Assembly: GCA_028534125.1 (NCBI GenBank)
Contig: CM052817.1
Location: forward strand, 49,788,001 to 49,852,000
DNA length: 64,000 nucleotides
Reading direction: 5' to 3'
Source of the DNA: Lama glama
Lineage: Eukaryota
The notes under the pieces were generated by a model, which had not been told where the DNA came from, searched no databases, and saw nothing but the letters and a program-made list of their open reading frames with translations. Both the position numbers and the translations under genes were made by a program. Shown piece by piece: positions 1 through 14,223 of this stretch (position 1 is the first letter of the stretch; each line of letters starts with the position of its first letter).

Positions 1-800
1 GATAAAATAGGAATTCACACTCAGCTCTTCCGGTGACCTCTCCAGTGTGAGTGTGTGCGGTGGTGGGGAGGGAGGCAGTGAAGAAAACAGTACCTGGGTT
101 ATACACCAAATGTAATACCAGACACTGTGTTAGTATAAATCTATTGGCTTACACTGAAATTGATGAATCCATGGGTGAAAAAAAAATGATAAATTACGCA
201 AATCCTCTGCTGCTGGTATAGTTCTAATTCATTTCAGGTGCCTGCTACTCTCCTGAATCTCAGCTCTCAGCCTCTGGCCATACCCCCATTTTAATAATAT
301 GGAGAATAGTACAGTGGGAAATGCTACTGTTCTGACTCCATTCACCCCTCTCTCTACTCAAAATGATCCCTCTTCAGCACATCCCTGGGGATGGTGCCCA
401 GATAAGGGAGCTTACTATAGCAGTGTCCAACATAGGGTCTTGGAAGAAGTTGTAGTAAAATAGAAAAGAGTTATTATTATTCTTGAGAACTTCATCAACT
501 GGCAGAAGAAGGAAAAGCAATTGCAAACCACAGGTCAGATTCACTTATTCTTCTACCAAACTACCTAAATGTCAACATTTTAGTGCTGAAAAAAATTGGA
601 AAGAAAAAACATTAAGGAGAGTGATATTCAGTTCGGTTTCATTTCCAAAACAATGTTCCTATCAAAAACCAGTCATTTTTCTATAAATAGAGCCACGTGC
701 AAGCTAACAGGCTTAGGAAGGCAGAAAATGATCATGAGCACTGAAATGACGGATTCTCTAAGTGAAATGAGTGGCCTCCGATTTTCTTCCCCTTTCTAAG

Positions 801-922
801 GCCAGCACGGGTGCCATCGGCCTCAAGATCCCTGAACCCATTCATAGTGTGTTTGGTTGTCGTCGCAGTGGTGGTGATCCTGGCATTGATCATAGGTCTA
901 CTTGTCTACTTTTTTGCTTTTG
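801..922 (+). CDS. TMPRSS11D: TMPRSS11D coding exon 2 (cytoplasmic tail + type II transmembrane helix)
   Basis: Pyrimidine tract + AG at 799-800 and GTAAGT donor at 923. The 122 nt translate (R)PARVPSASRSLNPFIVCLVVVAVVVILALIIGLLVYFFAF(D), matching the recalled HAT N-terminus PARVTSTSRFLNPYVVCF. Exon 1 lies upstream of the window. Confidence 0.95.
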
Positions 923-2820
923 GTAAGTACCAGAAGGTTGGAAGTACCACTTTTCAAATGAATTAACTAAATATACCTTCAGATTAAAAGTCTGGCATTC
1001 TCTCTTTTATTGCCACTTTTATCTCTTAATATAAGATAATTATGTTTCCTATATACCTCTAAAACTACATGCTCATGTCTATATTTTCTCTAATTCGGCA
1101 TTTTTTCTCTTCTCTTTTTTTTGGGGGGGGTGCTTTTTTTTTTTTTTTTAGTATACTAAACAACATTATTACCCAGGCAAGAATTATTCTAGCCAAGGGA
1201 AAAAAACTCTCAATACTTTCATGATGCTAGAGTCAGCTCATATTGTTTTTCATTAATATGATTTCCTTCTTCATTTAATAACCTGATAAAGTTGTAAAAA
1301 TAAAATATTACAAAGAAACTGAAATTTCAACATCTAGAAGTTGGATGTACCTAAGTATTCATTAATTCATGCCCCGTCTCCTGAAAACAATCTTAGGAAC
1401 AGGACAGTTATGACAGGAGATGAATTTGCAGTTTAGAAGTAGCAAGGGGTAAAAAACAAACTTTAAAAAGGGTTCTGTTCTTTTTTGTCTTATTTTAATT
1501 TTTTATTATGTCATAATAACTAGGAAACATAGACAAGAAACAGTACAAAGAATGCATATGCCCTGCTCATTCACAAACAACTTAACCTAGTATCTCAGTA
1601 AATATTCTTCCAATTGTTTTAATGTAGATATGTGTCAAATTTCACTAGATAATCTATGTTATAACCTGTTTTTTTAACCTGAAAATATACTTTTGAGTTT
1701 TTTTTTTTTATTTCAGCTATAATCCTGTTAAATCATTTAAATCACTGGGGTAGGGGCTGTGAGGGCATAAGGGTATGTGCGAGTATGGAGACTGAACAAG
1801 AAAAAATTTATTTATTGCAGTAACTAGGAATAATCTTTTCAGTCAATCCACTTTGGAAGTTGTGGCTAAATTTTGTTTTTGACTACATTTTGCTATCAAA
1901 TCACCTGGAGTCAACTATGTCTAAGGTGAATTACAGAGGCAGGAAAAACAAATATCAAGTTTCAGATTAAACTAATGAATTTTCACTTTTAATGACACTG
2001 TGTTGTCACACAAACACAAAGTAAGGAGCCTAAGTAAGTCGTCTTCAAAGTGTATCCCAGTGACCACTTATGGTATTAGAAAGACTTATCCTTCTGCCAC
2101 AAAGGACCACACTATTCTTTCCCCAGGATCCTCAACTCTTTCTCTGAGGTATTTCTCTGCATAAATTATGTATATGAATGGTCAAAAGGAAGCAGGGATT
2201 TTTGCCTAAGAGATTACGTTATATTCATGTTCATAATGTTTCAAAGAGGTGTATAAGTATGTTCAGAGATTTTTATTTCCTTCCACAGCTTAATATATCT
2301 TTCGGAAGACCCTGTTTTGATGAAAATAATTCACACTGGACAACCAGATTAGATATCTTGTCAGAAGAGTTATTTTGTAGATTAGCCCAAAAAACTACTA
2401 ACAAGATACTAACTCCTTTGAAAAGGATAGCATTTGAAATAATTTTTGAACTATTCAGAAATACTTTGGGTTATTCCTTAATAATAAACAAATAATAGCA
2501 TATTATAGACATTAATATTTCTTAAATGAACAAATCTGCAATCACAAATCTCCCTAAAATACAGTAAGAATGAAAATTATACTTCTGAACAATTAAATTT
2601 CTCAAATAATACTGTTCTGATTTTCATATACTTTTAAGTTTCAGCTTTGCTAATCTTTTTAAAAACTGAAAAATAATTTTTTATAGTTACATTTATATTG
2701 TTTAGTTTTCTTCCTTTCAAGGAAAGAAAAATTTTTAATTGCATAATATAACCACTTGTAATCCTGTATAAAGATTACGTAGCAATGTGAGAATGATTCT
2801 GCCTTTTCTTTGTTTTATAG

Positions 2821-2939
2821 ATCAAAAATCTTATTTTTACCATAGCAGTTTTAAAATCCTAAATGTTGAATACAGTGATCAGTTAAGTTCACCAGTTACA
2901 CAGAAATATAGAAATTTCTGTGGAAGAATTGAATCTATG
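2821..2939 (+). CDS. TMPRSS11D: TMPRSS11D exon 3 (SEA domain)
   Basis: ttttatAG acceptor and GTAAGT donor at 2940. 119 nt, (D)QKSYFYHSSFKILNVEYSDQLSSPVTQKYRNFCGRIESM; phase matches exon 2. Confidence 0.95.
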
Positions 2940-2959
2940 GTAAGTTTTTAATTTTTACT

Positions 2960-3060
2960 CTTTATTATTTTTTGATTGAAGTATATGGTCAGCTTACAAT
3001 GTGTCCATTTCTGGTGTACAACATAATGTTTCAGCCATCCATATACATACATATATTCCT
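2960..3060 (-). mobile_element. Truncated L1 3' tail (camelid-type)
   Basis: T tract then ATTGAAGTAT...TACAATGTGTCCATTTCTGGTGTACAACATAATGTTTCAG, an antisense L1 3' end; related copies at about 16392, 52582 and 61895. Confidence 0.7.
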
Positions 3061-3064
3061 CCTG

Positions 3065-3620
3065 TTTCTTCAATAAACATTTATCAAGCATCAATCCTGC
3101 CAAATGCCGTAGACATACAAAAAGTGGAGTAGATGCTGGATCCTGCCCTTGTGGAGCTTAGTCTAACACGGGAGATGAAACACACCTACAGATATTTATA
3201 ACCCAAGATATTTAGTGAGTATGTGGCAAGATAGCAACACAGATGTGAGTTTGTGGTGAAAGGATAAATTATATCCAACCATGGAGACCACTGACGGCTT
3301 CTTACAAAAGACAACTTTTCTGGCTGGCTATAGGGATGAGTAGGGCACACTATAGCTAAACCATGAGCCAAGGCAAAGAGAGGAGAATGTGCTTAGCTAA
3401 CAAGATTGAGCTTTATTTTGCAGACAAAAAGTCTTGCACTAGAAGCAACATGATGGTAACAGGCTCTGACAGATTTGTGTTCAGAAATGTAAAAATTAGA
3501 TTATAAAGAGAAGAGCCTGCACACAGTAAGACTAGTTAGAAGCTCATTACAGTGGTCCAGAAGAAAGCCAACGGGTTAAAAGCTTGAATAGGAAGTATTC
3601 CAGAAAATGGGGAAATGCAG
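3065..3620 (-). mobile_element. L2 fragment
   Basis: TTCAATAAACATTTATCAAGCATC...CCTGCCCTTGTGGAGCTTAGTCTA resembles the antisense L2 3' end; boundaries approximate. Confidence 0.55.
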
Positions 3621-4299
3621 ATAAAGCTTCTGTTTTAGGCTTACCAAAGCAATCCACCTCCCCAACTTCCTACCTTCTCTTCCCAATCTGTTCTTTAAAA
3701 AATCAATAGGAATATTTAGTTACATCATTTGTGTCATGAGATCCCACTGCTCAGACTTCAAACCAATGGACTTTCTTCAATTTCTTGAAGAAGCCACTGG
3801 AGATATATATCTCCGGAGGCCAGTCTGAGGACAGTTATTCATAATGAAGTTCTCATAACCATACAAAAACATCTTGTAAAGTTTCGACTCTGTACCCAGT
3901 TTAATAAAGGGAGCAAACTGAACGTGTTCATATTGAGAATCCCAGCTTTGTTATAGGGAATTAGAATCCAGCTATTTGTCATTATAGCAAGATGCCAGAG
4001 ACGTCCTTGGCCCTAAAGAGGTCACTCAGTTCCTGCCAGACAGATCAGACAGGTCAGCTCATCCTTCATAGAGCGCATGTAAAATTGCCAAATTTGGAGA
4101 GAAACAGCTTAAAGCATAACATATAACATATATTCAGCAATGCAAAAAACTTGAAATAAATAAATTTATTTTGAAAAGCACTACCAGCACCTTTGGAAGA
4201 TGGTAAGTCTTTAGAATACAATCCCCAAAGACAAAATTTTATACAATTTGTTATTATTGAATTAATCTCAAAAATGGTCTATAAAGTAAATCATAATGT

Positions 4300-5900
4300 A
4301 TATGTAAACCCTGTTATCAAAATGAAAATAATTTTAGTATTGTCTCTCTTATAAAGATAATGCAAGAATGTAGAAAATTCAGGGCATTCAAGAAATATAA
4401 ATAAATAAATATGCACGAAATCTCAATACTCAGCTATATCCACTATTAATATTTTGATGTTCCAAGTGCCTTTCTATGCAAACTACATAATCATACATGC
4501 ACAAAGACATAATTTTCTGTCAATGGAATCAGACTATACATTCTTGTTTATTATTACTTTTCTCTCAAAAATGTGGCACAGAGGTATATAAATAACAATG
4601 AATTAAGAAATATATCATTTAAAATAACTAAACAGTATTATAGTGTGCAGTTGTATAACATTTTATTTAACTAGTCCTCTATTGATTGACATTTAAGTTG
4701 TTTCTAGTTTTTCACTATTGTATCCAATATTCTGATAACCAGTCTTGTTGATATATGCCTGTACACCTGAGTGATTACATTCTTGGGATGTATCCCCAGA
4801 AGTAGAATTATCAGAATATAGGGCTTATGCATTTTTTGTTTCCCTCTAGAGATTTTTAATTTTTTTCTTTGATTTTAATAAAGATGTTACTTTAGAAGCA
4901 TTTTAGAATTATAGAAAAGTTGCAAAGGTAATATAGAGTTCTCATATATATTACACTCATAGTTTCCTCTACTATTAAAATCTTACATTATAATAGTATA
5001 TGTATTGCAATTAATGAACCAATGTTAATACATTGTTATTAACCAATTCCATATTTTATTCAGATTTCTTTTGTTTTTACTTTATATTCTTTTCTGTTTC
5101 CTGATCCCATCCAGAATATCAAATTGCATTTACTTGTTACGTCTCCTTAGGCTTTTGGAGACTATGATAGTTCCTCAGATTTTTCTCATTTTTGATAACC
5201 CTGACAATTTTGAGGAGTGCTGCTAAGGTGTTTTTGTACCATGTTCCACAGCTGTGGGTTTTCTGACAGTTTTTCTTACAGTTCTGGACTGGAGTTCTGG
5301 GTTTTAGGGAGGAAGACCATAGAGGAAAAGTGTCATTTTTGTTACATCATATGAAATGGGTACATACGATGATTTATCTCTTCTTGTTAAAATTTTCCTG
5401 TCATCCTTGTTGCATATATTTCTCTAATATGCGATTTGACTTTCCAACTTGTTTATAATCTAGGGATTTTTTAAATGCCAAATAGATTTAACATTTTATG
5501 TAGCCCAAATTATCAACCTTTGTATGATTTCTCACTTTTGTGCCAGGTTAAAAATGGCTTTCTCCACTCCAAATACTTTTTAAAATATTCACTCACATTT
5601 TCTTTTTTGTAATTTTATTATTTCAGTTTTTATAATTTTATCTTGATTCATCTGTAATTTATTTTGTAATAAAGTACAGATTCAGCTTTTTCCCCTAAAA
5701 TAGCTAGGCAGTGGTACCAAAACAATACATTAAATAGGGGAATGGATTTCTGTGTTGTGCCTAAATCCACTAAATTCCTCCTTTTCTTTTTTCTGTACTC
5801 TCCTCTCTTCTACTGATTCATCTTTGCCTGTACCAGTATCAAGCTATTTAGAGGACTGTAGATTTATATTTAAATATATGGTAGACAAAGATTCCCCTTG
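4300..5900 (-). mobile_element. Old L1M fragments (nested)
   Basis: Motifs such as GACATTTAAGTTGTTTCTAGTTTTT and CCCAGAAGTAGAATT, plus an L1MC/MD-like 3' UTR block at about 4860-5360; boundaries approximate. Confidence 0.55.
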
Positions 5901-5989
5901 AAATTTTTCTGATGTATGATTTCCATAGTTAATCTCATTTATTCATCCTTCTGCAGAACACTTTGAACATCTAAATCATTGTATGAATA

Positions 5990-6200
5990 ATACTCTAATA
6001 TAGTGCTTTATAGTTTACAAAGGACTTTTACGTATATTATCTAAACTTCAATTCATAATGGGCATATTATTTTTATAGATGGGTAAAGATTGTGAGATTA
6101 AGAAACACGTCGAAGGCTATTCAACTGGAAAGCAGTCAATCAAAAATTCAAACCAAGGTCTCCTGACTTCAAATCCAAGAATCATACCATTTACCAGTGG
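5990..6200 (-). mobile_element. MIR SINE
   Basis: GTGCTTTATAGTTTACAAAGGACTTTTAC...ATTCAAACCAAGGTCTCCTGACTTCAAATCC. Confidence 0.6.
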
Positions 6201-6419
6201 TAACATGAGTACCATCATGATCCTTGTCCCGTAGTCAACACTGTTACACTTAATGAGTGGTGGAATAGTCCCAGAAACATCTATCATATTGAGCACTTCA
6301 CTTCTCTTTTCTGGTTTTCAGTTTATTCATTAGTAAAATAAAATCACTGGGATAGATGATTTTATAGTACATTCTAACTCAAAAATTCCATGGTTATATG
6401 AGTTTCATGCAAGGTATCC

Positions 6420-7280
6420 AGGCCACCCATTCACCTGCTTTTCTTAACCTACTTCTCTGGCCACTCCTTTTTCTCTGTGTCCTTTATAGGCTCACCCTCC
6501 TCTATACTGACATTAAATGTTGAAATTCCTCAACGCTTTGACCTACAGCCTCCTATTATCTCACACTGTTTTCTATCTCTAGATGATCTCACCCATAACC
6601 ATTACTTCTGCCAACACTTACATTCTAATGACTCATTCTGTCTCCAGCCCAAACTCTTTCTCTGTACTTCAGACCTTTTCACTTAAATGCCAGCTTAATA
6701 TCTCAACTTGGCTGCTTTAAAAGCATCTCAAGTATATTACGCCCCCAAATCAAATTCATGATCTCCCCATGCCATACTAGCGTTCTTCCAATAATCCTAT
6801 CCCCATAATGACAATACTGTTTTCAGTTTTCCAAACCAGAAACCTGGAATTCATCCTTGACAAACTACTCTGTCATTCCAAATATCCCATCCATTACCAG
6901 CCACTATAGGTTTTATCTCCTGCATTTCCCTCAAATCCATTCGTTTCTCTCCATATCTGCTACCACCACATCCATCTAAGCCATCACTTCTACAGTTAAG
7001 TACTAAAATAGCACCATAAGTAATTTGGATTATTTTGTATCTAAAATTGATTAGCCATATGCAGTATCTGATTTTATTGTCCTCTTGTTTAAAACATTTC
7101 AGTGACTTCCCATTATTTATGCTAAAGACCAAATGCAAGACTTTCATGGTCTGGCCTTTCTATCATTCTAGCCTCCTTGCTTTCTGTAAAACAACTGCAC
7201 TGGCTTTTCATTTCTTAAACACAATCTATTTATTCCCACCTCAGGACTTTGCATGTGTTATTCACTCCACTGAAGCTTTT
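6420..7280 (+). mobile_element. L2 fragment
   Basis: Pyrimidine-rich, with CTCCAGCCCAAACTCT, CCAGAAACCTGGAATTCATCCTTGAC and CCTCAGGACTTTGCATGTG; boundaries approximate. Confidence 0.6.
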
Positions 7281-9261
7281 TTTTTTTTCCATGAATATTA
7301 CTGAGGTTTGAGGATTCTAGACTACTATAAAATTCAGAGATACAATTACCACCCTCAATCAGGAGAGAAATATAAAATAATTCTTTTCATTGTTTTTTTT
7401 ATTTTTGTCCCTTGTAATAAAAGGGTCAACAGTCCAGGTTACAAAATCAAAGAAGTGTGAAAGTAAACTCATCTGACCCATTAAACAAGTAATAATTTTG
7501 AAGGGAGGGAAAAGGCCAAAAGGTTGCAGGTAAAGAAAGCAGATGTGTAGCCTCTGAGAGTTGCAGTAGCCAACTATGTACAGATCATTTCTGAAGAAAT
7601 CGAGAGGAAGAAAGGTTACAAGATTTATTCAAATTCTCATAACTAACTTACCTCTGTGTCCTGTCTACTGCCCTTTCCTCTATACTACTGGCTTCCTCTT
7701 CAAGCAACTGTTCACTGATTTTCTATCAAGTGTTTGTTAAGTTCCTCTGAAAGAGTTTAGAATCTTCACCCACTCTGTGAAATATGGGATCTTATCCATA
7801 GCCTTCTTCTTTTATCCCTATATATGGATATCAATCAATTAATTAACTTGTTTTTCTTAGGCTTATTATCTTAGTCCTCACAATATTTTCCACATAACAA
7901 AAATGTAACAATTAAAGTGGATTTTTAGCACTTTGGTCCAGTCTAGCTTGTGTCAGTGCAATACCAGATCATGAATTAAAATATAATTACAAGAAATGTT
8001 CACCCAAATTTTAGCAATTCCTTAAGTTTTAGGTTCAGTTCCTTTTACTTCTGTTACAGTCAAGTAAAATTAAAGTTAAATCAGTTTATCAAAATACCTC
8101 CTACAATATACCACAGTAGTAAACATTAAAATTCACCCTTCTACATAGTTAACTAGAATATAGCTCACCAAATGACTGATTCTATAATTCTATAGATTTA
8201 GATCATAAAATTTTGAGTGACTTTTTGTTTTCTTAATACTAATATTTCTTGAATTTTTAAAAAAGAAATATAAATTATTGTGCTAAAACTAATAGCCTCA
8301 TAATTCTTAAAAATGTTTAAAGCCTCTAGAAAGAAAAAAATTTTATCATTTCGTCTAACAACTGGTTGGTGTGATATCAGCTTAACGGAACAGATATTGA
8401 AAAAATAAGATATAACATGATGCAATAGAGATTGCATAAACTTTACAATCTCAAGACCAGTTGGCTTCAAATCCTGGCTTAATATAATATTCAGCATGCA
8501 ACTTAATTTCCCCATCTTCACCTTTTCATGTTCACCTCCACCTGGTACAACCTCACAGTACAAGCCAATGGAATCTACTCCCCATTATGAAAGCTCAGTA
8601 CATCTCACCCACATCTTGGGGGTAACTATTCCAGTCACAGAACAACTGCTAGTTCACTGTGAAGCTAAATGTTATACCTCAAGAAGACCGTCCCTGCTGG
8701 CACTGAGCAATAATAAAATGGGAAAGTTAAGGTTAATTCAAAAAATACCAATTGATGCTAAAAATAACCTATGATGCTTGCTTAGGCATCAATCAGAAAC
8801 AAGAAAAAGATCAAGATTACTTTTCTTTTTTCAAGCTCTCCATTGCTGCTCATTTTAATCTGGTTTTACCCATTTAAGAAGACTTGTTGCAGGATCACAC
8901 ACTGCATCAGTGGACTCCCCTAGTGTTGGCCCAACCCACCTTGGGAACAGCCAACAAATCACATAACATGGGCTCTCATTGAGTAAAACATCTGCTGTGT
9001 TTAGAATGGCTTCTAGTGAAGAGTATCCTGTCCATTACCATCTTTGTGTAATAAATGAAGAAACAGGCACTGCATCAGAAGGCTACATAACCTGACTTAA
9101 TCGATCCCATGTGTCCTGAGATGGAACTGAACTAAACAGAACTGAACTCAAAACTTTAGTCTCTGTTCCTCATTAATACAGTTCTATGTTGCAAGTTTGG
9201 GTAGAAAGAGGAAGGAGAGAAAGACTTTAATTAGAGAAGTTTTTTTCCTTTCTTTCTACAG

Positions 9262-9329
9262 ATTTCTAAAACATTCAGAGAGTCAAATTTAAGAAATCAG
9301 TTCGTCAGAGCTCATGTTGCCAAACTGAG
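9262..9329 (+). CDS. TMPRSS11D: TMPRSS11D exon 4 (SEA domain)
   Basis: tctacAG acceptor and GTGAGT donor. 68 nt, ISKTFRESNLRNQFVRAHVAKL(R). Confidence 0.95.
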
Positions 9330-10249
9330 GTGAGTAGAATTATACCCAAACATATATAAGCATACATACAATTTGGTGCGTTTGACTTTGTTCACAGCAT
9401 GGAGAGTGAATGAGATGTTCACACAATGTGTTGCAGTATCATGAAAATCGTATCATGGGCAGCTTTAAACAATGCCAAAACAAAAACAAAACATGCCACA
9501 TATGGTCTATATACCTACTAATGTAAATAAACACATCACTTCAGTTCTTGGCAGGAAAGGGAGGAAAGGGTAGAGAGATGGTTGGGTGAAGGTACAGTAA
9601 CAGGGCTATTCTATTATATAAATACTGGAGATACTGTTCACAATGCAGTCCATGTAAACAATGCCCCAAGAGATGTGCAGTGCAATGTCCTGGGCATGCT
9701 CATCCAAGATCAGACCACTAAGCCAACATCAAAAGCAGCTTTTTGGTTTTTGTCTGCCTGGAATACTATTAATATAAAGAGTGCTGTGGCCAAATCCAGA
9801 CATGTCTGTCATGAATTAATAATAGGGGAAGTTGCAACATACATGCTAGTTATTTGCTGTTCCTACTTTAGCTGAATATGGACCTATCCTTGTGATGTGA
9901 TATGATAGCTCTCCCAACTAAAATAGCTACTCTTATTGACCCTACCACTAATGCCCCAAATGTCCACATTGCTCAATCCATCAAGTAACATATAAAAGTT
10001 CTTCACAAGAGAGGTAAGTTATACTAATTCTTTCTCAAACACTAACTACACAAGAAAATTAATTTTTCTTTTTCTCAGTGGAGTCACTACTTAAGTACCC
10101 AGAAGTATAGAGCTCTGGTCAGATAAGACATGCTGAGGAGTTTAAGGAGTAAGAAGAATACATGAGAAGAGTATTTTCCAAAATGTATTTCAGTCAGTTC
10201 CGTTCACATTCATCTTAGTGCTTTCATGGCCAAGTCTCTGTTCCAGCCA

Positions 10250-11165
10250 CCAGTTCACAATAGTGGTAGAACTGAATGCGCCATCTGCATTTTTCTCCTT
10301 TTGTTTACTTCCCACTTACTGCTTTCAGGGGCTTCACTGCTGCCTATATGCTAATTATTCTCAAAGTTGCATCTTCAAGCCAGTCCACTTTTCTCATCTC
10401 TAGACACGAATATACACAGCTATGTACTTGATATCATTATATGGATATCTTGCAGACAACTCAACTTTCATATGTCCAGACCTGAACGTAGCATCTCTCT
10501 CCGACCAAATATGTTACTCTTCTAGGGTTGCCTGCCTCTGTTATTGGTGTCACCTTCAAATAGTTACTCAAGCAAGAAATATAAAAGTTATCTTTAATTC
10601 CTGCCTCCCTTTCAACCCACACATCCAATCATCTAATCTCCACAATTCTATTTCTTACATATGTCTAAGATCTATAACTTCTAACACAATAACCTCAACC
10701 ATCTTTCTCCTGGACTACCCACAGCCTCCTGATGAGTTTCCTTTCCTCCAGTCTTGCTCCACTCCACATTCTACAGCAGAAAGAAAGAGTTTTTGAAACA
10801 AGAAGCTAAACATATTATTTGCTTAGTTAAAATTCTTCTAATGGTCACTCCTTACCTTTACGATACATCAAATATCATATATAAATAAGAATTATGTGTA
10901 TATGTATAATATATATGCATCAAAGATACATGTATTCTTCATACATATATATATATATGTTTCCTTGAGAATATATATAAAACAAAACTTTACTAAACCT
11001 CCCTATATGGCGTTTTCTCCTACCATCTCTATTTCTGAGCTAGTCTTTTACCACTTTCCACTTTGTTCTTTACTCACCAGTCCCACTAGACTGCTTTCAG
11101 TTCTTCACTCTCAACACTCTCTCTAACCTCAAGATCATATATGAACTATTTTCTCTGCCTGAAAT
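10250..11165 (+). mobile_element. L2 fragment
   Basis: L2-like 3' region motifs, interrupted by a TA-rich stretch; boundaries approximate. Confidence 0.5.
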
Positions 11166-11349
11166 ACACATACACACACACTACTTTTTCCCCCTTCCCC
11201 TTCTGTTTTAAAATATACTGCGTTAATAGAAAATTTGAGGTACAGTAAAGGCAACAAATCAGGAGATGATGACTTCTGAAAAGACATTTTGTTATTCACA
11301 GTTTCCAAGAGGACCGGACATGACTCTTCGATAGAGTTGTTATGAAAAG

Positions 11350-12870
11350 CAAATAAATTAGGAGTAAAACAGTCCTGTCTGAGCATCTATTTATGTGTTT
11401 ATCATTCATTAAACATCCCTCTTCTTTGAACTGCATATTCATATCTTTTCTGGTTTTTCTTTTCATTATTTGTCTTTTTCTTATTGATTTGGAGTTCTGT
11501 GTTAATAGTAGGTACCAAATATTTGTTGCTTTGAGTTGCAAATATATTCTCCCTGACTACAGTATATCTTTACACTTTGTTTATGGCATCTTTTGCTGTA
11601 GAAAATCAGTTGCAAAATGTCTTATTTAAGAAATCCTTTCTCCTTGTGTATATAAAGACATTCTTCCATAAATCTGTAAGTTTTAAATTGTTGCTGGTTC
11701 ATATTCAAGTACTTTGTTTGTGTGTGGTAACAGGCAGAGATTTAATACTTTACATATGAATTATTTTCCTTTAGATTAATGATGACGCTTCTATGATATA
11801 CTGTTTACATATGTCTTGTGAGTCTGTTTCTGGGTTCCTATTAGACAATAATAGGAATTTTGTTCGTTCCCATTAAGCTTAATTCCTATGTCATTCAAAT
11901 AAAACCTACTATTATGGATTTGTCTATTTCTCCTTGTTCAGTACACTTTGAGCACATATTATCAAGTGCCTATATGTTTAGAATTGTTATATCTGCCTCA
12001 TGAATTATTTCTTTTATCAAGGTATTAATCCGTTTCATTCCTAATTAATGTTTTTCAATCTTATAATCTCTAATGTCTGATATTATCATGCTACATTGAC
12101 TTTCTTGTGTTTTTTTTTTCAATATATCTTTCCATCATTTTTAACATTCATATATCCTTACAGGTTAGCTATTTCTCCTAAAACAGGAAGACAGATAGAT
12201 TATATTTTCCAATGCATTCTGATGATCTTTGCCTTTAACTAGAGAGTTTAGACAGTTTCCACTTATTTTGATGACTGTTACATTTGGTTTTATTTTTTTA
12301 TATTCTCTTGTGTTCTCTACCCTGCTTTTTCTATTGCTTTCTTCTACTGTCTTGCCTTCTCTCATGTGATTGCATTTTCTTCATTTTCTTTTTTCCTTTT
12401 ACTAATTTAGAAGTTCGACATTCCATTTATCTTATTTTAGTGATTACTCTTGAAAATTTAAACAAGGAAAGTTTGTTTAATCCACTACCCTCTTCCAAAT
12501 AATACAGGGAACTCGGGACTCTTATTCATTCAATAATACATGAATACATTCGTGTATTATTGATATTTTAATTCCACCTTATTTGTAATGCCTGCAAATA
12601 AGTCATTATAATTATACTGTCAATGTCTTTTTGGATTACCAGTTTACCATTTTCTTTGTTTCCTATTTCTCCTTGTACCTAATACCCTCCTTCTGGGTTC
12701 AATTTCCTTCTTACTGAAGTACATCCTTTATAAATTCTTTCACAAGAGTACATGAATAATAAACTATATTTTCTAATTTTGCTTTGATGTGATAAATGTC
12801 CTTATTTTAGCCTTATTCTTGAATAATGCTTTAGTGTGGATATAAAATTCTAAATTGATAGATATTTTCT
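11350..12870 (-). mobile_element. Old L1M fragments
   Basis: Antisense L1 ORF2 remnants; ORF 12165..12365 resembles the endonuclease start (PNVTVIKISGNCLNSLVK). Confidence 0.55.
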
Positions 12871-13232
12871 CTCAAATAATCTTCATAACAACCCATTTTA
12901 ATGTAAAGAGACAGATATGGAAAGATTGAAGAAAAAAAAAAAAACACTTACTCAAAGTCCAACAGAATGGCAGAGCTGGAGCTGGCATTCAAAGTCTGAC
13001 ATTCAGACTTCAAAGGAAACTGTTCTGAATGGTGGTACAGTGTACTATGCATTGAAATCAAGTATTTGTGGGATAGCACTGTGATATGTCATTACATATG
13101 CAAACATTGTTATGTGAATCTGTCCTAAAGTTAAATACCTCAAGTAAATTTTTAATGCTTATCAATAAAAATACATAAAGAGAATAGCAGAAAATTATCA
13201 TAATTGACATTTCTAAAAATATGGTTTTTCAG

Positions 13233-13390
13233 GCAAAGTGGTAGTGATGTGATAGCAGACATTGTCATGAAATTTAAATTCACCAGAAAAAACAATGGAG
13301 CATCAATGAAAAGTAGAATTGAGTCTGTTTTACAGCAAATACTGAATAACTCTGGAAGCCTGGCAATAAACCCTTCAACTGAGATAACAT
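13233..13390 (+). CDS. TMPRSS11D: TMPRSS11D exon 5 (SEA domain end)
   Basis: tttttcAG acceptor and GTAAGT donor. 158 nt, QSGSDVIADIVMKFKFTRKNNGASMKSRIESVLQQILNNSGSLAINPSTEIT; lies inside ORF 13204..13464. Confidence 0.95.
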
Positions 13391-14102
13391 GTAAGTATAA
13401 TTTTTTAACATACTATTTCATTTCAGTATATCCCTTTACCAGTTCTAATTCATGTTTTAATTGAATGAGAAAATGACTTTTTCCTTTGAATTAAACTTTA
13501 TGAAAGCAACTTATTATAAACCTAGATATAATATACAGCTCTCTAATATAAAACATTCTAAAGTTTAAAGAATCATTTAGCATTCAAATAGGAAGTTTAA
13601 TTTGCTAAAAATTCTTTATTAGTTTTCCTCTGATCACGGGGATGCTGTCAGATGTTCAATATGTAGGTATGTTGTAAGAGTGTTAAATAGCTGCTCAAGG
13701 TCAGAGGACAATTTAAGGATCCACCTCACTCAGAACAGAGCATGCAATTGGAAGGTGTCTAGTAAATACTTACGAAATAAAGAAAGAAATCAGAAGATTT
13801 TAAAATATCCCGATCTCCTCTCTGAAAATCCTCTCTACTTTTGCGTGGAATGGAATCTATTTCCATTGTTTTGCATGCCTATTGCTGTCAAAATTGGCCC
13901 AAGCCAACATTCATTTCTTGCATGAACTACCGCACTAGCCTCCATGCTACTTGCCTATGCTTTGTTGGCCTTTTCCAATGTATTGTCCACATATTGATTA
14001 AGGAAATATTTTAAAATTTAAATACAATCTGGCTTAAAAGCCTCCCATGCTTCCCACAAAACAAAACAAAAATAAAAACAAAGCAAAAATGCCACCTATA
14101 AG

Positions 14103-14223
14103 CAGAATACCATGTTTCTTGGTTTGCCTAGGGCAGTTCTGGTTCACGTCAATTGTCCAAGAACCATGATTAATATTGCCCTTTACCTGTCCTGGTTTGG
14201 ACAATAAATCACATGGTCATCTC
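14103..14223. mobile_element. MER94-like hAT DNA transposon relic within L2
   Basis: GTCCTGGTTTGGACAATAAATCACATGGTCATC terminus. Confidence 0.45.

Noticed and set aside
596..799. ORF immediately upstream of TMPRSS11D exon 2 as an alternative N-terminus
   Set aside because: It is out of frame and stops at the acceptor; the exon-2 frame hits TGA at 763-765 with no ATG in between.
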